44,390 nt of DNA, taken from the sequence record MW722821.1; one strand, given 5' to 3'. The DNA comes from Escherichia phage 590B. Made by a program: the position numbers and the translations under genes. The stretch's first letter is position 1. Every line of letters starts with the position of its first letter. Under the pieces are notes generated by a model. That model was not told where the DNA came from, made no database searches, and saw nothing but the letters and a program-made list of their open reading frames with translations. Below, piece by piece: positions 18,545-26,751 of the stretch.

Positions 18545-18906
18545 ATATTAACGACTACACGGGCATACCTTACGACTTTCGCAAGCGCAATTGCTGGCAT
18601 CACGTTCGCATTGTACGGGCCGATGCCGGGTTAGAAACCCCGGCGTTCGACGTTACAAGCCCAACGGCGATTAACGAAGCGTTCGACGAAGGCCATCGTG
18701 ACACGAAGGGGCTTACAAAAATTGATAAGCCTGAAAACTTCTGTGCGGTTCTTATGGGGTATCGCCGTGGCGGTCGTATCGTGTGGCACGCGGGAGTTTA
18801 CTTCGACGGGATGGTGAGTCATTGCGAGCTTGCGTCCCGTCAGGTACGGCTTGACAGGCTGGCGGATCTCAGAGACACGTACACGGAGATTGAATTTTGG
18901 CGATAA
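18541..18906 (+). CDS. tail assembly protein (putative; Cys-His pair of uncertain significance)
   Basis: 121-aa ORF with ATGA overlap upstream; contains NCWHHV and later His residues; NlpC/P60-like assignment not verified. Confidence 0.35.
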   Translation: MNINDYTGIPYDFRKRNCWHHVRIVRADAGLETPAFDVTSPTAINEAFDEGHRDTKGLTKIDKPENFCAVLMGYRRGGRIVWHAGVYFDGMVSHCELASRQVRLDRLADLRDTYTEIEFWR

Positions 18907-21464
18907 TCCTGCACTACACGCGAAACGCTGATGGCGCTTTCAACCGTACAAAACACGTCGGGATGCCGATGGAGTTTGTCGTTAACCGTATCCCGGACGG
19001 CGTTCCGGTACGCGTCTATCTTGGCGAGATTGGTGATGATACTGATGTTACAGACGACTTCGACGCGCTCAAAGACGAGGACGCCGTGTACCACATTATT
19101 GAGGGCGCTGGCGGCGGCATTGGCGACGCCATCGGGAGTGTATTCAGTTTCATCCTTAAGCCAATCGCCAAATTGTTCGGGCTAAACACAGCGGCTAACG
19201 CTAATTATTCCGCTACCAACAATCAGGCTACGTCGCCTAACAACAGTCTCACCGACCGCTCAAACAAGCCACGACCTTATGAGCGTTCCTATGATATCTG
19301 CGGGACAGTGCAGACCATCCCCAATGACCTGATGCAGACATATAAGGTGTTTAATGCCGCGGGTGCGCTTATTGAATATGCGTACTATGACGCCGGTCGA
19401 GGGTATCTGCATATTGAGGAAGACGGTGTAACTGAGGCAGATACCCGAATCAGCGAGATAACTGGCTCGTCGGTGACGGTGTATTCTCCTTACACTTCGC
19501 CGAATAACACCAGCACACCACAATTGCATATCGGCGACCCTATAGACCAGAAATTGTACGTTACATTTAAAAACGCCGATGTCGATGGCGCTGTTCTTCC
19601 CGCCCCTAATGATATCGCTATAGACGTGCAGGACTACACTGTCCAGCGGCAGGGAACAACCGGCGTTGTAGTAGGCGATGACGCTGGTTTCGATGAGTTT
19701 TTGGCGGTCGGGGACCTGGCATACTTCGATAACGTATATGCAGATACAACCCCAGGGTCTTTGGGTAATGAGGTTAACCTGGACGGGAGGTACACGGTTC
19801 TTTCGGTTAGTGAAACCACCCTTATTGTGGACGTCAGTACAAATCAATCAGTATGGAACCAGCTAGGGGCGTCTGTGTGGTTTATAGGTGAAGAGGGTAA
19901 CCATCTTATAGGCCCGGCGGACACTTACGCGGCTTCTCTCTCTGAATGGGCGTACATCACCCGCGGTACTGTCGACCGTGTTGTAGCCAATGTCGCCGCC
20001 AGCAACGGCATGTATAAATACAACGGCGACTATAACCGCGCTTCAGTGACAGTGGAACTGCAATACCAGATGGTTGATGAGCTGAAACAGCCTGTAGGTG
20101 ATATATTTACTGTACAAGGAACCGTAACAGGCCGGAACACGGATTACACAGGTATTACTCTTTACGGAAGTTTACCAACTGCTTCCAGATTCCGCGCCCG
20201 TATGCGTCGTGTTTCCGACACCGATAAAGATTTTGAAGGTACTGTTAGTGATGAGGTTACTTTCACTAATCTGTACGGGCAGTCTCTGGACACAACCCCA
20301 CACTACGGCAACAGAACCACCGTACACTGCGCTCGTAAACAAACGCCACGTGCCGCGGAGGTGTCAGAACCGGAACTACGCATGATAGCAACCGAGATGT
20401 GTTACAAATACTTAGGTAACGGCGTATTCGATACGGTAATGACACCGAACACTCAGGCCGTGCAGTCGCTAATCAGGCTGGCGCGTGACCCTGTGGTGGG
20501 TAATCTGGAACTGACAACGGCAAATATGGACAAGTTACTTGCCGTGCAGGAAGAAATTGAGTCGTATTTTGGCAGTGAATTAGCCGGGCAGTTCTGCTAC
20601 ACGTTCGACGACTACGACACCACGATGCAGGACATCGTTCAGACTATAGCGGAAGCCGTGTTCTGTACTGCGTACCGTAAAGGTGCGGATATTATGCTGC
20701 GATTCGACCGTCCGGTTGCTGGGCCTGAGATGGTGTTCACCCACCGCAGCAAAACTACTGGTACAGAGAAATGGACGCGCACGTTCAACGATTCGACAAC
20801 CTATGATAGCCTGTCGTTCTCATACATCGACCCGGATACTAACGTACAGGAAACGATTTATATCCCGGAAGAACTCGGAGCAAACACCGAGGAATATGAA
20901 TCGAAGGGCGTACGTAACTATCAGCAGGCATATTGGCTGGCGTGGCGTCGCTACCAGCGCAACGCGTTAAGTAAAGTTGTCGTAGAGTTCGAAGCTACCG
21001 AAGAGGGGGCACTCGCTACACCGGGCGGCGTAATCAGCGTGGTTAAAGGCTCACGCATCGCGCCGCAGGATGGTTATGTTGTTGCCGTTAACGGGCTTAC
21101 GCTTACGCTGTCTCAGCCAGTTACGTTTACCCCCGGAGACGACCACTCCATCATCCTCAAGAAGCGCGATGGCTCTGTGCAGAGTATCTCGGTTATCAAA
21201 GGAAGCCACGACCGCGAGGTGATTATGCTCTCCGCGCCGGAAGAAGCAATCTACACGGGGAATAGCGCGCTAAAAACTGAGTTTTCATTCGGCAACGAAG
21301 CAAGGCATAATGCTCAGAAGATAGTTGTTTCTTCAATCGACCCGGGCGACGACCGCACGGTCAAGATTACTGGCTACAACTATGACGACGGATTCTATAA
21401 ATACGACGGCGTCGCGCCATACGGCAGCGGTTTCTCCGATGGATTCAGCAATGGTTTTAATTAA
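18897..21464 (+). CDS. tail tip / central tail fiber protein (gpJ-like, putative)
   Basis: 855-aa ORF between tail assembly genes and the tailspike; start ambiguous (TTG 18897 overlapping upstream stop, or ATG 18963). Confidence 0.5.
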   Translation: MAIILHYTRNADGAFNRTKHVGMPMEFVVNRIPDGVPVRVYLGEIGDDTDVTDDFDALKDEDAVYHIIEGAGGGIGDAIGSVFSFILKPIAKLFGLNTAANANYSATNNQATSPNNSLTDRSNKPRPYERSYDICGTVQTIPNDLMQTYKVFNAAGALIEYAYYDAGRGYLHIEEDGVTEADTRISEITGSSVTVYSPYTSPNNTSTPQLHIGDPIDQKLYVTFKNADVDGAVLPAPNDIAIDVQDYTVQRQGTTGVVVGDDAGFDEFLAVGDLAYFDNVYADTTPGSLGNEVNLDGRYTVLSVSETTLIVDVSTNQSVWNQLGASVWFIGEEGNHLIGPADTYAASLSEWAYITRGTVDRVVANVAASNGMYKYNGDYNRASVTVELQYQMVDELKQPVGDIFTVQGTVTGRNTDYTGITLYGSLPTASRFRARMRRVSDTDKDFEGTVSDEVTFTNLYGQSLDTTPHYGNRTTVHCARKQTPRAAEVSEPELRMIATEMCYKYLGNGVFDTVMTPNTQAVQSLIRLARDPVVGNLELTTANMDKLLAVQEEIESYFGSELAGQFCYTFDDYDTTMQDIVQTIAEAVFCTAYRKGADIMLRFDRPVAGPEMVFTHRSKTTGTEKWTRTFNDSTTYDSLSFSYIDPDTNVQETIYIPEELGANTEEYESKGVRNYQQAYWLAWRRYQRNALSKVVVEFEATEEGALATPGGVISVVKGSRIAPQDGYVVAVNGLTLTLSQPVTFTPGDDHSIILKKRDGSVQSISVIKGSHDREVIMLSAPEEAIYTGNSALKTEFSFGNEARHNAQKIVVSSIDPGDDRTVKITGYNYDDGFYKYDGVAPYGSGFSDGFSNGFN

Positions 21465-21476
21465 AGAGGACTCTAT

Positions 21477-23657
21477 ATGTCAAGCGTATGCGGTGACGTT
21501 TTAAGCCTGGCGGATTTACAGACCGCCAAGAAGCACCAGATTTTTGAAGCTGAGGTTATTACTGGTAAATCCGGTGGTGTTGCTACTGGTGCTGATATTG
21601 ATTACGCAACAAATCAGGTTACAGGGCAGACGCAGAAGACACTCCCCGCCGTGTTGCGCGACGCCGGGTTCAGACCTGCGTCTTTCACATTCGAAACAGG
21701 TGGGACTTTGGGCGTTAACGACGCTGACCTGGCGGTGTTGTGGCCAGGGCCATCAGGCGACGGCAACTATTATGCATGGAAGGGTGCTCTGCCAAAAACC
21801 ATCCCGGCATCTTCAACCCCGGCGTCTACGGGCGGAGTAGGCCAGACCGCATGGGTTGCCGTTAGTGAAGCTGCATTGCGCCGTGATTTGGCCCTAAGCA
21901 CTGGCGCAGGGTTAGTTGGGACAACATCCGGCAGGACCGTACAGGCAGAGTTTGACTACCGCAAGACTCAAGCAGCAAAAACAGAGATAAACATACTTGA
22001 CTACCTTCCAGCTAACGTGATCGCAGCTCTAAACGATGTTAACGCGTCAAAAGCACTAGGAAGCGTAAGGACATACATTGAGCAGGCTTTAGCGGCAGCA
22101 ACTAGCGAGAATATCGGTACTGGGGTTACTTTACGTTTCCCGGCTGGGTTCTTTTGGCTTGATTCTACTCTTAACCTTCCAAAAAGGACGCGTATTGTTG
22201 GGGTCTACCCAGAAACATACTTTATGGCTCTCCCTGACTTTACTGGCACTAACGTAATTGCCGGTTCCACAGGACCCGCTATAGTCGCTATTGATAACAC
22301 AGGACAAGACCCGTTTTATATTGAAGGTTTCCAGATAAACGCAGATGGTTCCCAGCCGAATGTGGTTGGGCTGCACATTGGCGGCTGCCGTAATTCCGTC
22401 GTCCGTCGGATATCTGTATCTGGAACCTTCGATGCTGCTGTTGTTATCCACCCTAAAAACGCAACATCTGGAGACGTGGAGAACCTGGAATTAAGCCACG
22501 TATGGACATTAGGCGGTGGGCTTGTGCTCAGGACTAATACAGATATCGACCGTGGAAATTTAACAGGCCTGTCATTCCGGGATTGTATGTTTTTCAGCAC
22601 AATCGACAACAACCCTTCATGGGCGACATCTGGCAACCCTAGTATCAGGTTCTCCTGCCATGTAGACCGACAGATTTTTGCATGTACATTCGACCGTGTA
22701 GGATGGGCGAGTCGCGCAACATACGCCATCTATTCAGAAAGCCTAGCCGGAAATAGTGCATCTGATGTCAAGGGCTTCCGCGATATTCATTTTACAGATT
22801 TCCACGGAGAAGCCCACAATGCCGATGGGTCATTAACAGCGGACTGTACTTTTGCCCTTCTTGCGAATATGCGTAACAGTACATTTACTAATATCCAACG
22901 CTCCGGCGCTGTGACTCGCGGCGGCATTATCATGGATGGGTGCGAATACGTAACATTCAACTCAGTATCATTTGCGGACCCTAATATCACAACAGGAACA
23001 ACGACACCTTGTTGCGTATACCAGAACTCCACCAACAGATTTAATAGATTTATTAACTGTGACTTAACAGATGCAACCGGGAGCATGTTTGATTTAGCCG
23101 GTTGGACCGTGTCATCCAGTGTAATGTATTATTTTAAGGGTCTTTTTTGGGACGATAGTGGGACAAGTACCTGGGAGAGTGAACAAATGTCTTCAAAACC
23201 ATTTGTTCTTTTTAAAAGGTCTGCGCTTAACGCCAATAACGGTTCTGCTTACCCGCAGGAATCAGGCGTAACTATGGCTACTTCTGGTGATAATCTACAG
23301 GTTACCTTTGCACGAGACGTTACCACAAAAACATTCACAATACCAATCACAACTACAAACGCGGTTTTCAACAATCACGACCGCGTTTATGTTCTTTTCC
23401 GTCATCAATTTACCAGTTATGGGACAAATACTGTCGTAAAAATAGGACTAGGAACCTCATATGTGACTATATCACCACAGACCGGTATCGATTATTTTGC
23501 AGCCATCAGTCTTGCCAGAAGCCAGGCAACTAGTTTTAATATCCAAGTTACCTATAGCGGCGCATCTGCAGACTGCGGCATATTAATCAGAGATTTAGTA
23601 ATTTCTGACAGGATGCCGTGGGTGCCAAACTTCACCAAATCCTTACTTTGCGATTAA
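21477..23657 (+). CDS. tailspike / receptor-binding protein (putative depolymerase)
   Basis: 726-aa ORF with AAGAGGA SD; last gene of the structural arm, followed by terminator; Gly/Thr/Asn-rich repetitive C-terminal body; enzymatic specificity not determinable here. Confidence 0.55.
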   Translation: MSSVCGDVLSLADLQTAKKHQIFEAEVITGKSGGVATGADIDYATNQVTGQTQKTLPAVLRDAGFRPASFTFETGGTLGVNDADLAVLWPGPSGDGNYYAWKGALPKTIPASSTPASTGGVGQTAWVAVSEAALRRDLALSTGAGLVGTTSGRTVQAEFDYRKTQAAKTEINILDYLPANVIAALNDVNASKALGSVRTYIEQALAAATSENIGTGVTLRFPAGFFWLDSTLNLPKRTRIVGVYPETYFMALPDFTGTNVIAGSTGPAIVAIDNTGQDPFYIEGFQINADGSQPNVVGLHIGGCRNSVVRRISVSGTFDAAVVIHPKNATSGDVENLELSHVWTLGGGLVLRTNTDIDRGNLTGLSFRDCMFFSTIDNNPSWATSGNPSIRFSCHVDRQIFACTFDRVGWASRATYAIYSESLAGNSASDVKGFRDIHFTDFHGEAHNADGSLTADCTFALLANMRNSTFTNIQRSGAVTRGGIIMDGCEYVTFNSVSFADPNITTGTTTPCCVYQNSTNRFNRFINCDLTDATGSMFDLAGWTVSSSVMYYFKGLFWDDSGTSTWESEQMSSKPFVLFKRSALNANNGSAYPQESGVTMATSGDNLQVTFARDVTTKTFTIPITTTNAVFNNHDRVYVLFRHQFTSYGTNTVVKIGLGTSYVTISPQTGIDYFAAISLARSQATSFNIQVTYSGASADCGILIRDLVISDRMPWVPNFTKSLLCD

Positions 23658-23661
23658 AACT

Positions 23662-23686
23662 AAGGCCCCAAACGGGGCCTTTTCTC
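23662..23686. terminator. convergent terminator between the two genome arms
   Basis: AGGCCCC-AAAC-GGGGCCT then TTTTCTC; sits between the tailspike stop and the minus-strand arm. Confidence 0.6.
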
Positions 23687-23823
23687 TACTCTTCTGATAA
23701 CTTCTCCAGCACAAACGCCAGTTGCGCATTAGCGGCGTCTCTTTGCTGCCGTAGGCGTAGAACCTCCTCTTCGAGTTCCTTGATACGTTTTTGCAATGCT
23801 GGAATCGGGGCTATGATGTTCAT
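23686..23823 (-). CDS. hypothetical small coiled-coil protein
   Basis: 45-aa ORF below track cutoff; its ATG overlaps the helicase stop (ATGA); ends at the convergent terminator. Confidence 0.35.
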   Translation of the reverse strand: MNIIAPIPALQKRIKELEEEVLRLRQQRDAANAQLAFVLEKLSEE

Positions 23824-25244
23824 TTCTTACCTCGTCTCTTCATGTAGTTAAGCAACTCTTCCTGTACCGATTTCTTCTCGTCCGTACGCGCCGCAACAAC
23901 CTCATCCAGCGTGTCTTTAGCAACGATGTGATAGAGGAACACCGGGCGCTCGTGGCCCGCCTGTTTCTGACGGACCGGGCCTATACGCTCGACAACCTGC
24001 AAATAGTGCTCAAGGTTCCAGCCTTGTGAGATGAATGCCAGATGATGTCCGCCGTCTTGTAAATTCAAACCATGCCCGGCTGACGCAGGGTGTACGCATA
24101 AGATTTCTATTTCGCCGCGGTTCCACGCTTCCATCTGCTTATTACCCCCGGCACCTTTGGCAAAGGCCTGTGCTTGTGGGAATCGCTTAAGGATGCGCTC
24201 CAGTTCGTGCTTGAACTGATAGGCCACCAGTAACGGTGCCCCCTGTAACTCCTCAACAATGGACTCGAGCGCATCAAGTTTCGTGTCGTGCACTTTCTCC
24301 CATTCTTTGGTTGATTCGCCATCTGGCCCCGATACATACACGGCACCGGAGGCAATCTGTAGGCACTTCGACGTCTTCGCCGCAGCGTTAGCCGCTTCAA
24401 CTTCTCCGCTTTCCAGTTCCGCGAATAACTTCTCCTCCATATCGATGTACGCCTGACGTGCTTTCTTCGGCAGGTCGATTTCAACCGGCACAATAATCGG
24501 CGCTTCACACCCGAACCACTCGGCGGCGTCAATCGTGAGACTAATGTCCTTCATCTTCTGGTGAATTTCATTATCCGCACCCGGGCGTGCGTGGTATTCA
24601 CGGGCCATCGCAGATTTCCCTTTCTGTACCGAGTTAAACCAGCGGTCGGTGAATGCTGTGTACGATGACCCCAGGCGCTCGCCTGCGTCGATAAACCAGT
24701 TCTGCCCCCACAAGTCCTTGAGGCCGTTTGGTGACGGCGTGCCAGTCAGGTTAATGAAACGCTTAACTTTGCCAAATGCCACTTTACTAAGCGCCTTTGC
24801 CCTCTTGCTGCCGCCTGAACGGCTGCGGAATGACTTCAGTTTCGTGCTTTCATCGGCAACGATAACGGTAAAAGGCCAGTCGTCTTTGCCGTAGTAGTCA
24901 ATAAGCCACTCGATAACTTCGTAGTTCGTGCACACCACGTTAGCATCTGACTCCAGCGCCGCGATGCGGCGCTTCTCTGAACCGGTCGCGTCTACGACAC
25001 GCAGACATGGGAAATTCCACTTAGTTTGTTCCGCCGGCCATGTGCCGGACGCAACGCGCAACGGGGCGAGGATTAACACGCGGTCCTCTTCTGTAAGCTG
25101 CCCGTTGCGGAACAGTCGGTTTAATGTCCACAGTACGCTGCCAGTCTTCCCGGCGCCCATGCTCGCCCAAATATTACAGCGATGGTGCCGCAACATGAAC
25201 GAAGTCATTAGCTTCTGGTATTCGCGCCTTTGAAACTTACTCAT
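23820..25244 (-). CDS. SNF2-family (superfamily 2) helicase
   Basis: Motifs MGAGKTGS (Walker A), VIVADESTKLK (DExx), LTGTPSPNG, and SAGHGLNLQ (SNF2 motif V-like). Confidence 0.75.
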   Translation of the reverse strand: MSKFQRREYQKLMTSFMLRHHRCNIWASMGAGKTGSVLWTLNRLFRNGQLTEEDRVLILAPLRVASGTWPAEQTKWNFPCLRVVDATGSEKRRIAALESDANVVCTNYEVIEWLIDYYGKDDWPFTVIVADESTKLKSFRSRSGGSKRAKALSKVAFGKVKRFINLTGTPSPNGLKDLWGQNWFIDAGERLGSSYTAFTDRWFNSVQKGKSAMAREYHARPGADNEIHQKMKDISLTIDAAEWFGCEAPIIVPVEIDLPKKARQAYIDMEEKLFAELESGEVEAANAAAKTSKCLQIASGAVYVSGPDGESTKEWEKVHDTKLDALESIVEELQGAPLLVAYQFKHELERILKRFPQAQAFAKGAGGNKQMEAWNRGEIEILCVHPASAGHGLNLQDGGHHLAFISQGWNLEHYLQVVERIGPVRQKQAGHERPVFLYHIVAKDTLDEVVAARTDEKKSVQEELLNYMKRRGKK

Positions 25245-26031
25245 TTACGGCCCCCATGAACGCCTTTATAAATTCAGCGGCTACTTGCGGGACGATAGCA
25301 TTGCCGTAACCGCGCAATCGTCCCACTCTGGCGGGTACCCCATTAGCCAGCGGGAATGTGCTGGGTTCAACTGGCCTGAATTTTCCATCCCGGCATCCGA
25401 GCCAGTCAGCATCTGACCAGAACCCGTTAGGCGGATTGGCTGTGTCAGAGATGCCTCTGTTTGCAGATTGTGGCCCCCGTTCCTGCCCTGATGGCCTGCT
25501 CCCGCCGAGTTGTTCGCACACGGTGTTGGCCAGTTGCTGCGCTCCGAAGAACAATCGATTCCTTTTGTGCGGTGCGCCGACGCTACAAGCTGGGAGTACG
25601 GCAAACCCGACGGCGTAGTCTTCTCTTTCCAGGTGAGTTTGTAAATCGCACATCCACGATTTTGCAATTGCTGCCGCAACCTGCTCCCCAAAGATGACTG
25701 GAGGGTGGCACTCGCTGATGAGGTCGAGGAGCACAGGTGCGAGGTGTCTCTGGTCGAACTGTCCGAGTTGCTTTCCTGCCGTGCTAAACGGTTGGCAAGG
25801 CGGACTTCCCGTCCATATAGGCGTATCTTCAGAAACTCCCGCAAGTCTGAGCGCGAGAGGCCAGCCGCCGATACCCGCGAAAAAATGACACTGGGTGAAC
25901 CCGTCAAGGTCTTCTGGCTTAACTTCGGTAATGCTTCTTTCATCTACAACTCCAAAAGGTATGTGACCCTGTTTTATCAACTCACGCAGCCACGCGGCTG
26001 CGCCTTTATCCCATTCATTGTAATAGTTCAT
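25237..26031 (-). CDS. DNA (cytosine-5) methyltransferase, orphan
   Basis: Motif I FFAGIGGW, motif [11 protein letters not shown], QxRxR-like HKRNRLF, C-terminal GNAIVP; no adjacent restriction endonuclease gene. Confidence 0.75.
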   Translation of the reverse strand: MNYYNEWDKGAAAWLRELIKQGHIPFGVVDERSITEVKPEDLDGFTQCHFFAGIGGWPLALRLAGVSEDTPIWTGSPPCQPFSTAGKQLGQFDQRHLAPVLLDLISECHPPVIFGEQVAAAIAKSWMCDLQTHLEREDYAVGFAVLPACSVGAPHKRNRLFFGAQQLANTVCEQLGGSRPSGQERGPQSANRGISDTANPPNGFWSDADWLGCRDGKFRPVEPSTFPLANGVPARVGRLRGYGNAIVPQVAAEFIKAFMGAVNE

Positions 26032-26219
26032 TTCGCCACCAGCACCAGCTCTTTACGCCCGAACGCCGTAACGTTACCCGTTACATCTTCGATAACCAGT
26101 TTACCGTTCGACTCGACGAACACCGTATCAACGGCAACAGGACGACGGGTCTTAACGTTGAAAATCATGTCGCCTGGTACGATGTCACGTGCTGGCTTGC
26201 GGTCATATTCGTGTTTCAT
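26028..26219 (-). CDS. hypothetical protein
   Basis: 63-aa ORF; ATG 26219 with AAGGA SD downstream of promoter at 26254-26282; stop overlaps methyltransferase start (ATGA). Confidence 0.45.
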   Translation of the reverse strand: MKHEYDRKPARDIVPGDMIFNVKTRRPVAVDTVFVESNGKLVIEDVTGNVTAFGRKELVLVAK

Positions 26220-26538
26220 TTCTAAATTCCTTATATTGTTGGGGTATGTGCTTACTATAATAGTCTGCTATTAGGGTGTCAATCTGTTTTATCGAACCAA
26301 CGACAAAAACATTTGCGCCACGTTTACGTATACGCTCGTGTTCCCGTAGCTGGTGCGGGTCTGGCTTAGTGTTTTCGTCTTTCTTCACCTCGACGAACCA
26401 GACGATGCCGCCGGGTAGAATTACCAGCAGGTCGGGGGCGCCGGAACGTCCTTCGTAGGAAAGTTTACGAACGAGGCCACCAATGGCCTCGAATCGGTCT
26501 TTTGCGTATTTCTGTATTTTGCCCTCAGGCGTACTCAT
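26203..26538 (-). CDS. VRR-NUC domain nuclease
   Basis: PD-(D/E)XK-type core GAPDLLVILPGGIVWFVEVKKDEN; ATG 26538 with GAGGGGTG SD (track start 26574 is an alternative codon). Confidence 0.65.
   Translation of the reverse strand: MSTPEGKIQKYAKDRFEAIGGLVRKLSYEGRSGAPDLLVILPGGIVWFVEVKKDENTKPDPHQLREHERIRKRGANVFVVGSIKQIDTLIADYYSKHIPQQYKEFRNETRI
26254..26282 (-). promoter_or_regulatory. sigma70-type promoter (TTGACA-N17-TATAGT), family B
   Basis: -35 26277-26282, -10 26254-26259 (minus strand); lies in the 3' end of the VRR-NUC gene, upstream of ORF 26028-26219. Confidence 0.5.
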
Positions 26539-26619
26539 CCACACACCCCTCACGTTTCGTATGCGCAATACCACAGCGCGGACAGATCCGGCGGTCTTCT
26601 TCGTAGAACCAGTAAATTT

Positions 26620-26751
26620 TCATTCCAGCACCCACAGATAAATTGTTACTAACATACCTAATACGGCAACCATCATGCCGTATTGACCCTCGTGACAGTA
26701 GACACCGGCGGCGAATCCCGCCAGTACCGCAATAATCAGTTTACTTGGCAT
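26620..26751 (-). CDS. possible 43-aa membrane micro-protein
   Basis: Unlisted ORF (MPSKLIIAVLAGFAAG...LVTIYLWVLE) with a hydrophobic helix; ATG 8 nt before the polymerase stop and stop overlapping a further 32-aa Cys-containing ORF (ATGA). Speculative. Confidence 0.25.
   Translation of the reverse strand: MPSKLIIAVLAGFAAGVYCHEGQYGMMVAVLGMLVTIYLWVLE

Noticed and set aside
18541-18906. NlpC/P60 peptidase assignment for the 121-aa tail protein
   Set aside because: Only a Cys-His pair is visible and the canonical motif context could not be confirmed without a profile search; reported as generic tail assembly protein.
19260-19847. 195-aa minus-strand ORF within the tail-tip gene
   Set aside because: Antisense to a coding-dense structural gene; no SD; Cys/Arg-rich composition.
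25281-26274. Overlapping ORFs of 64-220 aa on both strands across the methyltransferase gene
   Set aside because: The minus frame carrying canonical C5-methyltransferase motifs explains the region; the others are out-of-frame or antisense artefacts.
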